Both the position numbers and the translations under genes were made by a program. The notes under the pieces are model-generated. The model saw only the letters and a program-made list of their open reading frames with translations, searched no databases and was not told the origin of the DNA. From Methanocaldococcus sp. 28A (lineage in GTDB: Archaea; AGJL01; Methanococci; Methanococcales; Methanocaldococcaceae): DNA of 64,000 nt. Shown here piece after piece: positions 31,907-40,955 of this stretch. The stretch lies in assembly GCA_049852185.1 (NCBI GenBank), contig CP187540.1. One strand, 5' to 3'. The stretch's first letter is position 1. Every line of letters begins with the position of its first letter.

Positions 31907-32114
31907 AGATATATATCTTTAAGCAGTTATATAAAATTAAGTATTATTAATTTAATCATTTAACAAAGTGTATAAGAGGGTTCGAAACAGATTCTTAGTT
32001 TCTGTAGCATGTCGTAACATTATTAAATATCTTATTATTCGACAACCTCAGTTCATCCGTAAACTGTAAATATAGGAAAGAACTAACAAAATAATCGAAA
32101 AAACTATTTAGTGA

Positions 32115-33442
32115 ATGAACATGCCAAAAACGATTAAATTATCTAAAATCGTGGTATTGAAGAGTAAGCCATTGACTAAGAGAAAAATAAAAATCATAGA
32201 AAATACTATCAAAGCTTATAAAGAAATTTTATCTATTGCTTTAAATTATAGTTTAAAGAATAAAATAAAAAGCCATATAAAAATTAGAAAGGGGATATAT
32301 GAAGAAATAAAAAATAAATATTCAAATCTACCGACTCATTATATTTACACTGCCTCACAAGATGTATCTACGAGAATAAAAAGCTTTATATCAATGAAAA
32401 AGAGAGGAAAAGCATATACGGAAACTCCAGAAGTTAGAAACGTCTCTTTATGGTTGGACGATATTTTATTCAACTACAAAGATTTCAAAACCATATAGAA
32501 AAACTATATTCGATAGATAAAAAAGGAAAGAAGACTTTGCATATAAGATTATCTACACCGAATGGTAGAATAGTTATTCCTCTAAAGCCACATAAACTGT
32601 TTTTTAAACTGTTAAATGAATGTTGGAAAATAAAAGCTGGTTTTAAACTGAGATTGAATAAAGAGGATGGAACAGTAATGGTTTTAATCCCATTAGAAAA
32701 AGAAATAACTATTAATGATGATTATAAAGCTGTTTATGCATTGGATTTTAATTTGGATAATATAACTTATGGTAATTTCGAAAATATAGAGATAATAAAA
32801 ACTGATTTAGGAAAATTAACCGAAAAATACTCTAATATAATGGCTAATATCCAAGAGAAATTCTCATTTAAAGGTATTCATAAACAAGAAAAACCGTTAA
32901 AGAGGAAAGGTTTTATCTTGCTTAAAAAATTCGGTAAGAGATTAAAGAATATCAGAGAAGATAAGTTAAAAAAGTTAGCTAACAAAATAGCAAAAGAACT
33001 TAAAGAAAAAGATACAGTTTTAATTATCGAGGATTTGTCCTCTTATTTTAACCAAAATATTGCTAAAAAGTCATTTAAAAAGCTAAAACATAGACTACAC
33101 AACATTTCCGCTAAAAAATTTTTAGACAATCTTAAAAATAAGTGCTTAGAATTCGGGGTTAAAGTTGTTGAGGTAAATCCAGCTTTCACTTCTATATTAT
33201 GCCCGAACTGTGGAAATAGATTATCTCAATTATATAGATTAGCCGATGAGAGGGCTCTGCCTTCGAGGCTAATGTATTGCTTCGATTGTGGATTTTATGC
33301 TGATAGAGATGTTGTAGCCGTTTTTAATTTGATAAAAAGATTCATGGGGCTGTATCCGTTCAGCCCGAAGTCCAATGAACTCATAGCAGAGGGAATGGTA
33401 TTCCTGATGAAGCTGTGGGTTAAGGACAACCCTTTTCTATAG
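32115..33442 (+). pseudogene. tnpB: TnpB RNA-guided endonuclease (IS607/IS605-type), single -1 frameshift near 32487-32490
   Basis: RuvC residues ALDFN, IIEDL and ADRD; TS..CPNC...CFDC zinc finger; adding one A to the A4 run joins the two ORFs (NYKDFKNHIEKLY). Confidence 0.9.
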
Positions 33443-33511
33443 CTATAAATTTATTAAATACTATCTATGAAATACTATATAACTATAATAAGCTATAGAA
33501 ATGGGAAACGG
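33345..33511 (+). ncRNA. Putative omega-RNA and IS right end overlapping the tnpB 3' end
   Basis: GGGCTG-N8-CAGCCC hairpin, then AAATACTAT repeats ending ...GGAAACGG (IS607-like end). Confidence 0.5.
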
Positions 33512-33518
33512 TGAGATT

Positions 33519-34442
33519 GTGAGGTATGTAGTAGGGCACAAAAATCCAGATACTGATAGTATAGCATCAGCTATTGTTTTAGCTTACTTCTTAGATTGTT
33601 ATCCTGCAAGATTGGGGGATGTAAATCCAGAAACAGAGTTTGTTTTAAGAAAATTTGGAGTTATGGAACCAGAGCTAATAACATCTGCTAAAGGCAAAGA
33701 AATAATTTTAGTTGACCACTCAGAAAAGAGCCAAAGTTTTGATGATTTAGAAGATGGGAAGTTAATAGCTGTTATAGACCACCACAAAGTTGGTTTAACA
33801 ACAGCTGAGCCAATTTTATACTATGCTAAGCCAGTTGGTTCAACAGCAACAGTTATAGCTGAACTCTACTTCAAAGATGCTATTGAGTTAATTGGTGGGA
33901 AAAAGAAAAAATTAGGAGCAGATTTAGCTGGTTTATTGTTGAGTGCAATAATATCAGATACAGTTTTGTTTAAATCACCAACAACAACAGAATTAGATAA
34001 AGAGATGGCTAAGAAGTTAGCAGAAATTGCTGGAATAAGCAATATAGAAGAATTTGGAATGGAAATTTTAAAGGCTAAGTCAGTTGTTGGTAAGTTGAAA
34101 CCAGAAGAAATTATTAATATGGACTTCAAAAACTTTAATTTCAATGGAAAGAAGGTTGGAATTGGACAAGTAGAAGTTATAGATGTCAGTGAAGTTGAGA
34201 GTAAGAAAGAAGATATATATAAATTATTAGAGGAGAAGTTGAAGAATGAGGGCTATGATTTGATTGTCTTTTTGATAACTGATATTATGAAAGAAGGTAG
34301 TGAGGCATTGGTTGTTGGTAATAAGGAGATATTTGAGAAAGCATTTAATGTTAAATTAGAAGGAAACAGCGTATTCTTAGAAGGAGTAATGTCAAGAAAG
34401 AAACAGGTTGTTCCTCCATTAGAAAAGGCATACAACGAGTAA
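33519..34442 (+). CDS. ppaC: Mn-dependent inorganic pyrophosphatase (family II)
   Basis: GHKNPDTDS, DHH, SRKKQVVP; GTG start at 33519 after GGTGA. Confidence 0.96.
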   Translation: MRYVVGHKNPDTDSIASAIVLAYFLDCYPARLGDVNPETEFVLRKFGVMEPELITSAKGKEIILVDHSEKSQSFDDLEDGKLIAVIDHHKVGLTTAEPILYYAKPVGSTATVIAELYFKDAIELIGGKKKKLGADLAGLLLSAIISDTVLFKSPTTTELDKEMAKKLAEIAGISNIEEFGMEILKAKSVVGKLKPEEIINMDFKNFNFNGKKVGIGQVEVIDVSEVESKKEDIYKLLEEKLKNEGYDLIVFLITDIMKEGSEALVVGNKEIFEKAFNVKLEGNSVFLEGVMSRKKQVVPPLEKAYNE

Positions 34443-34498
34443 AATTATTATAAATTTTCATTTTAATTTTTTGTTTTAATTAGCAAAAAAGTGATATT

Positions 34499-34738
34499 AT
34501 GCACTACTCTATAATAAAACCAATATGCAAAAAAGAAGTTGTTGAGATAGATAAAGGTTCTCTAAAAACTAAGAGAAAGTTTGCATTTTTGTTAGAAATA
34601 GAGGATAAAATATTAAAAAATAAAGAATTTTGGGCTAATGAAGATGTTGAAGTTGTAGTAGATTACTCTTTTACAAATTCTAAAAGACCTAAGGAAAAAA
34701 TTGAAATTTATATAATAAAAAATATAGAGAGGGAATAA
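34499..34738 (+). CDS. Conserved hypothetical protein
   Basis: 79-aa ORF in operon context with typical codon usage. Confidence 0.7.
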   Translation: MHYSIIKPICKKEVVEIDKGSLKTKRKFAFLLEIEDKILKNKEFWANEDVEVVVDYSFTNSKRPKEKIEIYIIKNIERE

Positions 34739-34739
34739 T

Positions 34740-35015
34740 ATGGATTTAGAAGGAAAATGTTGTTTAATTCATGCTATTGGTGGAATTATTTTTGGTTATT
34801 TGGCAAATTATATATACACTGCTGGCTTAGGAATGTTTAGCGGAATTGCCACTTTGATATTTTTATTTATTGGAGCAGTAATTTTTGGACACATTTCTGC
34901 TAAAGTGTTTGGAGAAGAGAGTTTAACTCAAAAACAGTGGCTTGGCTGTGGAGTTCTACCATTTTTTTTAGTAGCTATAGTCGTCTGGATATTGAAGTTT
35001 AACGGGCTAATTTAA
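34740..35015 (+). CDS. EMC6-like small membrane protein
   Basis: Three TM segments, KQWLGCG...[11 protein letters not shown]; MJ0606-like. Confidence 0.75.
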   Translation: MDLEGKCCLIHAIGGIIFGYLANYIYTAGLGMFSGIATLIFLFIGAVIFGHISAKVFGEESLTQKQWLGCGVLPFFLVAIVVWILKFNGLI

Positions 35016-35031
35016 ATATTGGGGTGAAAAC

Positions 35032-36312
35032 ATGGTTTTAAAAATGGATAAGTCAAAAGATTTATTTGAAGAGGCAAAAAAATACTTAGTTGGAGGTGTT
35101 AATAGCCCAGTTAGATACTTTAAGCCATATCCATTTTTTGTTGAGAGAGCTAAAGATTGTTATTTATTTGATGTTGATGGAAACTGCTACATAGATTACT
35201 GCTTAGCTTATGGTCCTATGGTTTTAGGTCATGCAAATGAAAAGATTATTGAAGCTGTTAAAGAGCAACTTGAATTAGGTAGTGCTTATGGATGTCCTAC
35301 AGAGAAAGAGATTATTTTAGCTAAGGAAGTTATAAAGAGAGTTCCTTGTGCAGAGATGGTGAGATTTGTCAATTCTGGAACAGAAGCAACGATGTCAGCA
35401 ATAAGATTGGCAAGAGGAGTTACTGGAAGAAAAAAGATTATAAAATTTGATGGAGCTTATCATGGAGCTCATGATTATGTTTTAGTTAAGAGTGGTAGTG
35501 GAGCTTTAACTCATGGACATCCAAACTCTCCAGGAATTCCAGAAGAAACAACAAAAAATACTATCTTAATTCCATTTAATGATGAAGATGCTGTAAAAAA
35601 AGCAATAAATGAAAATAAAGGTGAGATAGCTTGTATTATAGTTGAGCCAGTAATGGGAAATGTGGGATGTATCTTACCAAAAAAAGGTTATTTAGAATTC
35701 TTGAGAGAAATAACTGAGGAAAATGACATTTTATTAATATTTGATGAAGTTATAACTGGATTTAGATTGGCAAAAGGAGGAGCTCAGGAATATTTTGGGG
35801 TAGTTCCAGATATTGCTACTTTGGGTAAAATATTGGGGGGAGGGTTTCCAATTGGAGCTATTGTTGGAAAAAAAGAGATTATGGAGCAGTTTTCTCCATT
35901 AGGAGCTATATATCAAGCTGGAACATTCAACGGAAATCCGATATCAATAACTGCTGGAATTGCTACACTTAAACAATTGGATGATAAATTCTATAGAGAA
36001 ACAGCAAGAACAGCTAAAATATTGGCAGACACTTTAAGAGAGTTAGCTGATAAATACAATATTAAGGCTAAGGTTTATAACATTGCATCAATGTTCCAAA
36101 TATATTTCAATGAAAATGAGGTTTTAAATTATGAAATAGCTAAGCAGAGTGATGTTGAGAGATTTATGAAATACTTCTGGGGGTTATTAGAGAGGGGAGT
36201 TTTTGTTCCTCCTTCACAATTTGAATGTTGCTTTACATCAATAAAGCACAATAATGAAGTTGTTGATAAGACAATAAAGGCTATGGAAGATGTCTTTAAG
36301 AGATTAGAGTAA
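35032..36312 (+). CDS. hemL: Glutamate-1-semialdehyde 2,1-aminomutase
   Basis: [30 protein letters not shown]. Confidence 0.97.
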   Translation: MVLKMDKSKDLFEEAKKYLVGGVNSPVRYFKPYPFFVERAKDCYLFDVDGNCYIDYCLAYGPMVLGHANEKIIEAVKEQLELGSAYGCPTEKEIILAKEVIKRVPCAEMVRFVNSGTEATMSAIRLARGVTGRKKIIKFDGAYHGAHDYVLVKSGSGALTHGHPNSPGIPEETTKNTILIPFNDEDAVKKAINENKGEIACIIVEPVMGNVGCILPKKGYLEFLREITEENDILLIFDEVITGFRLAKGGAQEYFGVVPDIATLGKILGGGFPIGAIVGKKEIMEQFSPLGAIYQAGTFNGNPISITAGIATLKQLDDKFYRETARTAKILADTLRELADKYNIKAKVYNIASMFQIYFNENEVLNYEIAKQSDVERFMKYFWGLLERGVFVPPSQFECCFTSIKHNNEVVDKTIKAMEDVFKRLE

Positions 36313-36325
36313 ATTTATTGTTATA

Positions 36326-36489
36326 TGACTTTCGCAAGAATGAATTTTTTATTGAACATGGACTTCTTTATGCCTCTTAATAAGAAGGTGAAATTTACCT
36401 CAGTGAATATTATAATATTCAACTAACCATAGGTCTAACGCCTAATGGTTTTGATGAAACTTTTTCTAAAAGTTTATGTGAGAATGGTC
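36326..36489. mobile_element. Degenerate MITE B composite containing a TTTGATGAAACTTT repeat
   Basis: TGACTTTCGCA start; TTTGATGAAACTTT also occurs inverted near 47330-47345. Confidence 0.55.
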
Positions 36490-36545
36490 TAAGTAAGGTT
36501 GTAGGCATTAGATTATAACAAAAAGTTCAAAATGGAGAGATAAAA

Positions 36546-37277
36546 ATGATAAGGGAAATTTTTAGCTCAATAATGGGAGAAGGGAAATATATAGGAAGAA
36601 GGTTTATATTTGTAAGATTTGCTGGATGTCCATTAAAGTGTGTTTACTGCGATGAAAAAAGCAAAGAATATTTTAATAGAGTGGAAAAAATCCCAGGCAG
36701 TGGAGAATTTGAAACTTTACAAAATATGAAGATTGAAGATGTAATAAATGCTATAGACAAATTAAAAACACCAGATTTGTTTGCTATATCATTTACAGGA
36801 GGAGAGCCTTTATTATATCATAAACAAATAAAAGAAATCGTTGAAATTTTAAAAGATAAAGGATACAGAACATTTTTAGAGAGCAATGGAATGTTTCCAG
36901 AAAAAGTTTTTTATTTTGATATTGCATCTATAGACATAAAGCTGAGGGAACATTTTGACCATATAAAAGATGAAGATTATGAAAAACTCTACAAAAATGA
37001 GCTTAAAACAATAAAAAAGCTGTATAATTTAAATTCTGACGTCTATGCAAAGGTTGTTATAATGGAAAAAACAGATATAGAAGAAGTAAAAATAATAGCA
37101 AAGGATTTGAGTGATATAGGAAATATAACTTTATGCATTCAACCAGTAACACCTCATGGAAATATAAAATCTCCTTCTCAAAAGAAATTGTTTGAAATTA
37201 TGGAAGCTTGTGGAGAGTATTTGAAAGATAATGTTATGCTAACAATACAAATGCATAAGTATTTGGGGATGTTATAA
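36546..37277 (+). CDS. queE: 7-carboxy-7-deazaguanine synthase (radical SAM)
   Basis: EIFSSIMGEG, CPLKCVYCD, TGGEP, QMHKY. Confidence 0.93.
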   Translation: MIREIFSSIMGEGKYIGRRFIFVRFAGCPLKCVYCDEKSKEYFNRVEKIPGSGEFETLQNMKIEDVINAIDKLKTPDLFAISFTGGEPLLYHKQIKEIVEILKDKGYRTFLESNGMFPEKVFYFDIASIDIKLREHFDHIKDEDYEKLYKNELKTIKKLYNLNSDVYAKVVIMEKTDIEEVKIIAKDLSDIGNITLCIQPVTPHGNIKSPSQKKLFEIMEACGEYLKDNVMLTIQMHKYLGML

Positions 37278-37465
37278 CAGTATCTCAATATAAAACATTG
37301 AACAGTTATCAAAAAACGATTTTATAAACGAGGTTTTGCATACTAATCTAAGGATTTATAAAGTAAAAGAGTATACAAAAGGACTAAAGAAATATTCAAC
37401 AATTAAGAAAACTTATAATAAATGTAAAAATAAAAAATATTGGTAATAGATACTGAGGTGGCATT

Positions 37466-37678
37466 ATGAATACATTAAAATTAAAGGGTGATAATAAAGA
37501 GAATTATAAATTATATTGGCATATTTGGTATATATTATTTGGAATTCTTCTTATCTTAATGTTTAATTTAAAACCTCCATATAAAACATTAATTATTGGG
37601 ACATTACTTATTATGATTTTATTTAGGATATCGATATTTTTTATTAGAATTTTAAAAATTACCAACGGCAAAATCTAA
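37466..37678 (+). CDS. Small hypothetical membrane protein
   Basis: GAGGTG RBS; two hydrophobic segments. Confidence 0.5.
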   Translation: MNTLKLKGDNKENYKLYWHIWYILFGILLILMFNLKPPYKTLIIGTLLIMILFRISIFFIRILKITNGKI

Positions 37679-37868
37679 TACTATGACGGCTCTCCGCCCT
37701 AAAGGGCGGAGTTTCGAGAGAGCGAGCCTAAGCTCGCCCTCTCCGGCCCCGCCAAAGCCACTACCCGTATCCCATTAGGGATTCGGGGCTACGCTTTAAC
37801 CATTTCCATGTCCCCAGCGGTGGAGTTTTCGATAACCCCACCAATTAATAACTTGGACTGGGGACATA
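37665..37868 (-). ncRNA. Putative stand-alone TnpB omega-RNA (scaffold plus flanking guide)
   Basis: TTTTATATA box about 21 nt upstream of ATGTCCCCAG; multiple GC-rich stems running to the IS right end. Confidence 0.65.
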
Positions 37869-38014
37869 AGTTAGTTTATTAATTCGAGTATATAAAAGTT
37901 ATGTTTGTCCCACTCACCTCCCCTATCTCCTTGCTTCGCAAGGAGAGTAATGAAATCTGAAAGATTTCATCTGAATTCATCACCGCCCTAAAGGGCGGTG
38001 CTTTCTTAGCGACA
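37683..38014 (-). mobile_element. Non-autonomous IS200/IS605 derivative carrying a putative omega-RNA gene
   Basis: Subterminal CCGCCCTTTAGGGCGG hairpins at both ends; right end ...GTCAT; TTTAT 5' of the left end; no ORF. Confidence 0.82.
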
Positions 38015-38170
38015 ATAAATGGTAAAACTATGAAAAATTTACCAATAATATTAAATAAGATTCATATAAAACTATAAAAAGAGTATAAAAAGAGAAAGAA
38101 TAAAACAAAAATTAAATAACTATTATTAATAACATAAGACACACTACCAATGAAAAAAATGAGGGAGATT

Positions 38171-38791
38171 ATGAATAAAGAAATATTAAAAAAGGTTATA
38201 GAACTAAAAAACAATGGGCTTACAATTGGAGAGATTGCTGAAGAACTCAACGTATCAATGGAAACAGCAAGATATTTAGTTTTAAATGCTGAGAAACTAT
38301 TAAAAGAGGAAGAAAAAACTATGAAACTTAAAAATGTAGATGTATTCATTAGTTGGAAAAATATTGGTTGTTCAGCAAATAGGTTAAAATGCATAAGCTC
38401 AATAATAGTTGATATCTTAAAAAGTAGGAATATTGAGTTTGATACTGTAGTAGGAATCTCTACAAGTGGTGTTCCTATAGCTACCTTAGTAGCTTCTGAG
38501 TTAGGGAAGGAGCTAACTATCTATATACCAAAAAAACATATATCTGAAGAAGGGAAAAAGATAACTGGTTCAATTTCACAAAACTTTTCTTCTGTAAATT
38601 ACAAAAGGGCTATTATTATAGATGACGTTGTAACAAGTGGAAGCACATTAAAAGAGTGCATAAAGCAATTAAAAGAAATTTGTAGCCCAAAATTTATAGT
38701 TGTATTGATAGATAAAAGTGGATTGGATGAAATTGAAGGAATACCATTAATTCCATTGATAAGAGTTGGAGTTGTAAATGTAGAACATTAA
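38171..38791 (+). CDS. HTH plus PyrE-like PRTase protein (GfcR family)
   Basis: GLTIGEIAEELNVSMETA HTH; GISTSGVP; IIDDVVTSGST; start MNKEIL preferred. Confidence 0.88.
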   Translation: MNKEILKKVIELKNNGLTIGEIAEELNVSMETARYLVLNAEKLLKEEEKTMKLKNVDVFISWKNIGCSANRLKCISSIIVDILKSRNIEFDTVVGISTSGVPIATLVASELGKELTIYIPKKHISEEGKKITGSISQNFSSVNYKRAIIIDDVVTSGSTLKECIKQLKEICSPKFIVVLIDKSGLDEIEGIPLIPLIRVGVVNVEH

Positions 38792-38862
38792 ATAAATTTA
38801 TTTGTTTTATCTTTATTTTTTTATTCTAAATTTTTTTATACTAAAAATTTGGAGGGCTATTT

Positions 38863-39153
38863 ATGTTACCAAAAGCTACAGTAAAGAGGATAATGAAACA
38901 ACATACAAACTTTAATATATCTGCAGAAGCTGTCGATGAACTCTGTAAAATGCTCGAAGAAATTATAAAAATAACTACTGAAGTAGCTGAACAAAATGCA
39001 AGAAAAGAAGGTAGAAAAACTATTAAAGCAAGAGATATTAGGCAGTGTGATGATGAAAGATTAAAGAGAAAGATTATAGAGCTCAGTGAAAGAACTGATA
39101 AAATGCCAATATTAATTAAGGAGATATTAAATGTAATATCATCTGAATTATAG
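38863..39153 (+). CDS. Archaeal histone with C-terminal extension (MJ1647-type)
   Basis: MLPKATVKRIMK, GRKTIKARD, about 27-aa C-terminal tail. Confidence 0.92.
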   Translation: MLPKATVKRIMKQHTNFNISAEAVDELCKMLEEIIKITTEVAEQNARKEGRKTIKARDIRQCDDERLKRKIIELSERTDKMPILIKEILNVISSEL

Positions 39154-39176
39154 TAGAAAAAGCAGAGGAGATTAAT

Positions 39177-39869
39177 ATGAGAATAGCAGTAACAAAATTC
39201 TTAGGGACTAATTGTGATTTAGATGTATGCCATGCAGTTAAATTAGCTGGTGGAAATCCTGAGCTTGTTTTTTTCACTCAAGAGAACTTAGATAACTATA
39301 GTGGAGCAGTTATTCCTGGGGGATTTTCTTATGGCGATTATTTGAGAGCTGGAGCAATAAGTGCAAGAACACCAATAATTAAAGGGTTAAAAAAGTTAGT
39401 TGATGAAGGAAAACCAGTATTAGGAATATGTAATGGAGCTCAAATTGGTTTAGAGGCAGGATTTTCTAAAGGAGTTTTAACAAACAACTTAAATTCAAGA
39501 TTTATTTGTAAATGGGTTTATATTAGAGTTGAAAATAACAAAACACCATATACACAGTATTATAAAAAAGGAGACATTTTAAAAATACCTATTGCCCACG
39601 CTGAGGGAAGATTTTACGCTGACGATGAAACACTCGACTATATGTATAAAAATAATATGATTGTTTTCAAATATTGTGATGAGACTGGAGAAATAACCGA
39701 GGAAGCTAATCCAAATGGCTCTATTGACAATATAGCTGGTGTTTGTAATGAAAACCAAAATTGTGTTTTATTAATGCCACATCCAGAAAGAGCAAGTGAG
39801 AAAATACTCGGCTCAGATGATGGGTTGAAGATGTTTAAAGGAATGATTGATTATGCTAAAAAACTTTAA
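39177..39869 (+). CDS. purQ: Phosphoribosylformylglycinamidine synthase subunit PurQ
   Basis: PGGFSYGDYLRAG, GICNG, MPHPER. Confidence 0.97.
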   Translation: MRIAVTKFLGTNCDLDVCHAVKLAGGNPELVFFTQENLDNYSGAVIPGGFSYGDYLRAGAISARTPIIKGLKKLVDEGKPVLGICNGAQIGLEAGFSKGVLTNNLNSRFICKWVYIRVENNKTPYTQYYKKGDILKIPIAHAEGRFYADDETLDYMYKNNMIVFKYCDETGEITEEANPNGSIDNIAGVCNENQNCVLLMPHPERASEKILGSDDGLKMFKGMIDYAKKL

Positions 39870-39899
39870 CATAATATATTAGAGTTTTAAATGCATATA

Positions 39900-40251
39900 T
39901 TAAGGGATTTAATTTTACTTTCTTGCTTTTATATACCCCTGCCTTAATTTTAGTACTAGAAAATTGATAAAAAGTATTACTAATTTTTTCTGATTAAAAT
40001 TTAGATTTTTTAGAGATTTTTGTTATTTGTTTTTATTGTGTAGATTTTATAGATAAATAAGATTTATTTTATATAAAATAATGTCTGATTATTGAGATTT
40101 TTGTTTATGGTTGTGCATTTTATTTATAAAGAGTTTGCACAATCTTTCTTACTCTTATAAAGGTTTCAATAATTGGGCAGTCAGAAAAATCGGATGTTAA
40201 AAGAAAGTTTTATATAGGAGTTTGTGTATTAGATAAGTAATAGTTGGTAGG
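39900..40251 (+). promoter_or_regulatory. CRISPR leader
   Basis: AT-rich noncoding region directly 5' of the first repeat; BRE/TATA-like GAAAGTTTTATATA at about 40203-40216. Confidence 0.7.
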
Positions 40252-40896
40252 GTTTGAATAGTTAGTCCATTAAAACAAGGATGGAAACTCTTTTATTTTC
40301 TCGTATTGATTTGTACATCCAAGTTTGAATAGTTAGTCCATTAAAACAAGGATGGAAACGATTCAAACATTTTCATCAGATACATTCTTAATCACAAATA
40401 TGTTTCCATGTTTGAATAGTTAGTCCATTAAAACAAGGATGGAAACAAGAAATTATCAAAATTAAAAAAGGAAAAATATGCATTGTTTGAATAGTTAGTC
40501 CATTAAAACAAGGATGGAAACTGGTAATATTGTGCACAACTATGATTAGGCAATTGTGTTTGAATAGTTAGTCCATTAAAACAAGGATGGAAACAATATG
40601 GTTTTGCAAATGGCTAAAAGGGAAGGGTTAAATGTTGAAACGTTTGAATAGTTAGTCCATTAAAACAAGGATGGAAACATTCTACTATTTCTATCATGCC
40701 CTATCACCTCCCTGTTTGAATAGTTAGTCCATTAAAACAAGGATGGAAACTCTACTATAACATTCAACAACCTCTTAAGCTCTAACGTTTGAATAGTTAG
40801 TCCATTAAAACAAGGATGGAAACAATAGGTGAAACTATGGCAACGACTTATGAGATAATGTTTGAATAGTTAGTCCATTAAAACAAGGAATAACAA
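40252..40896 (+). CRISPR. CRISPR array, 9 repeats (GTTTGAATAGTTAGTCCATTAAAACAAGGATGGAAAC, 37 bp) and 8 spacers
   Basis: Repeats start at 40252, 40323, 40410, 40485, 40558, 40642, 40714, 40787 and 40860 (last one degenerate); spacers are 34, 50, 38, 36, 47, 35, 36 and 36 bp. Confidence 0.99.
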
Positions 40897-40904
40897 ATAA
40901 AAAA

Positions 40905-40955
40905 GGCAAAATAATGGGGGAGTATACCAATAGAGGGGGCGAAGCCCCCTCTATG
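40905..40955 (-). repeat. Palindromic repeat family C copy; supplies the stop codon of the methyltransferase gene
   Basis: CCATAGAGGGGGCTTCGCCCCCTCTATTGGTATACTCCCCATTATTTTGCC. Confidence 0.7.

Noticed and set aside
32450-32498. Programmed frameshift in tnpB
   Set aside because: No canonical slippery heptamer or stimulatory structure was seen; a single-base loss or sequencing error is more likely.
40522-40557. Spacer 4 resembles the MITE A TIR (CACAACTAT)
   Set aside because: Only 9 bp are shared in AT-rich DNA, too little to claim self-targeting or MITE targeting.
32115-40896. TnpB plus CRISPR array as a Cas12f-like system
   Set aside because: They are about 7 kb apart with housekeeping genes between them; TnpB has IS-like ends; no anti-repeat or tracrRNA was seen near it.
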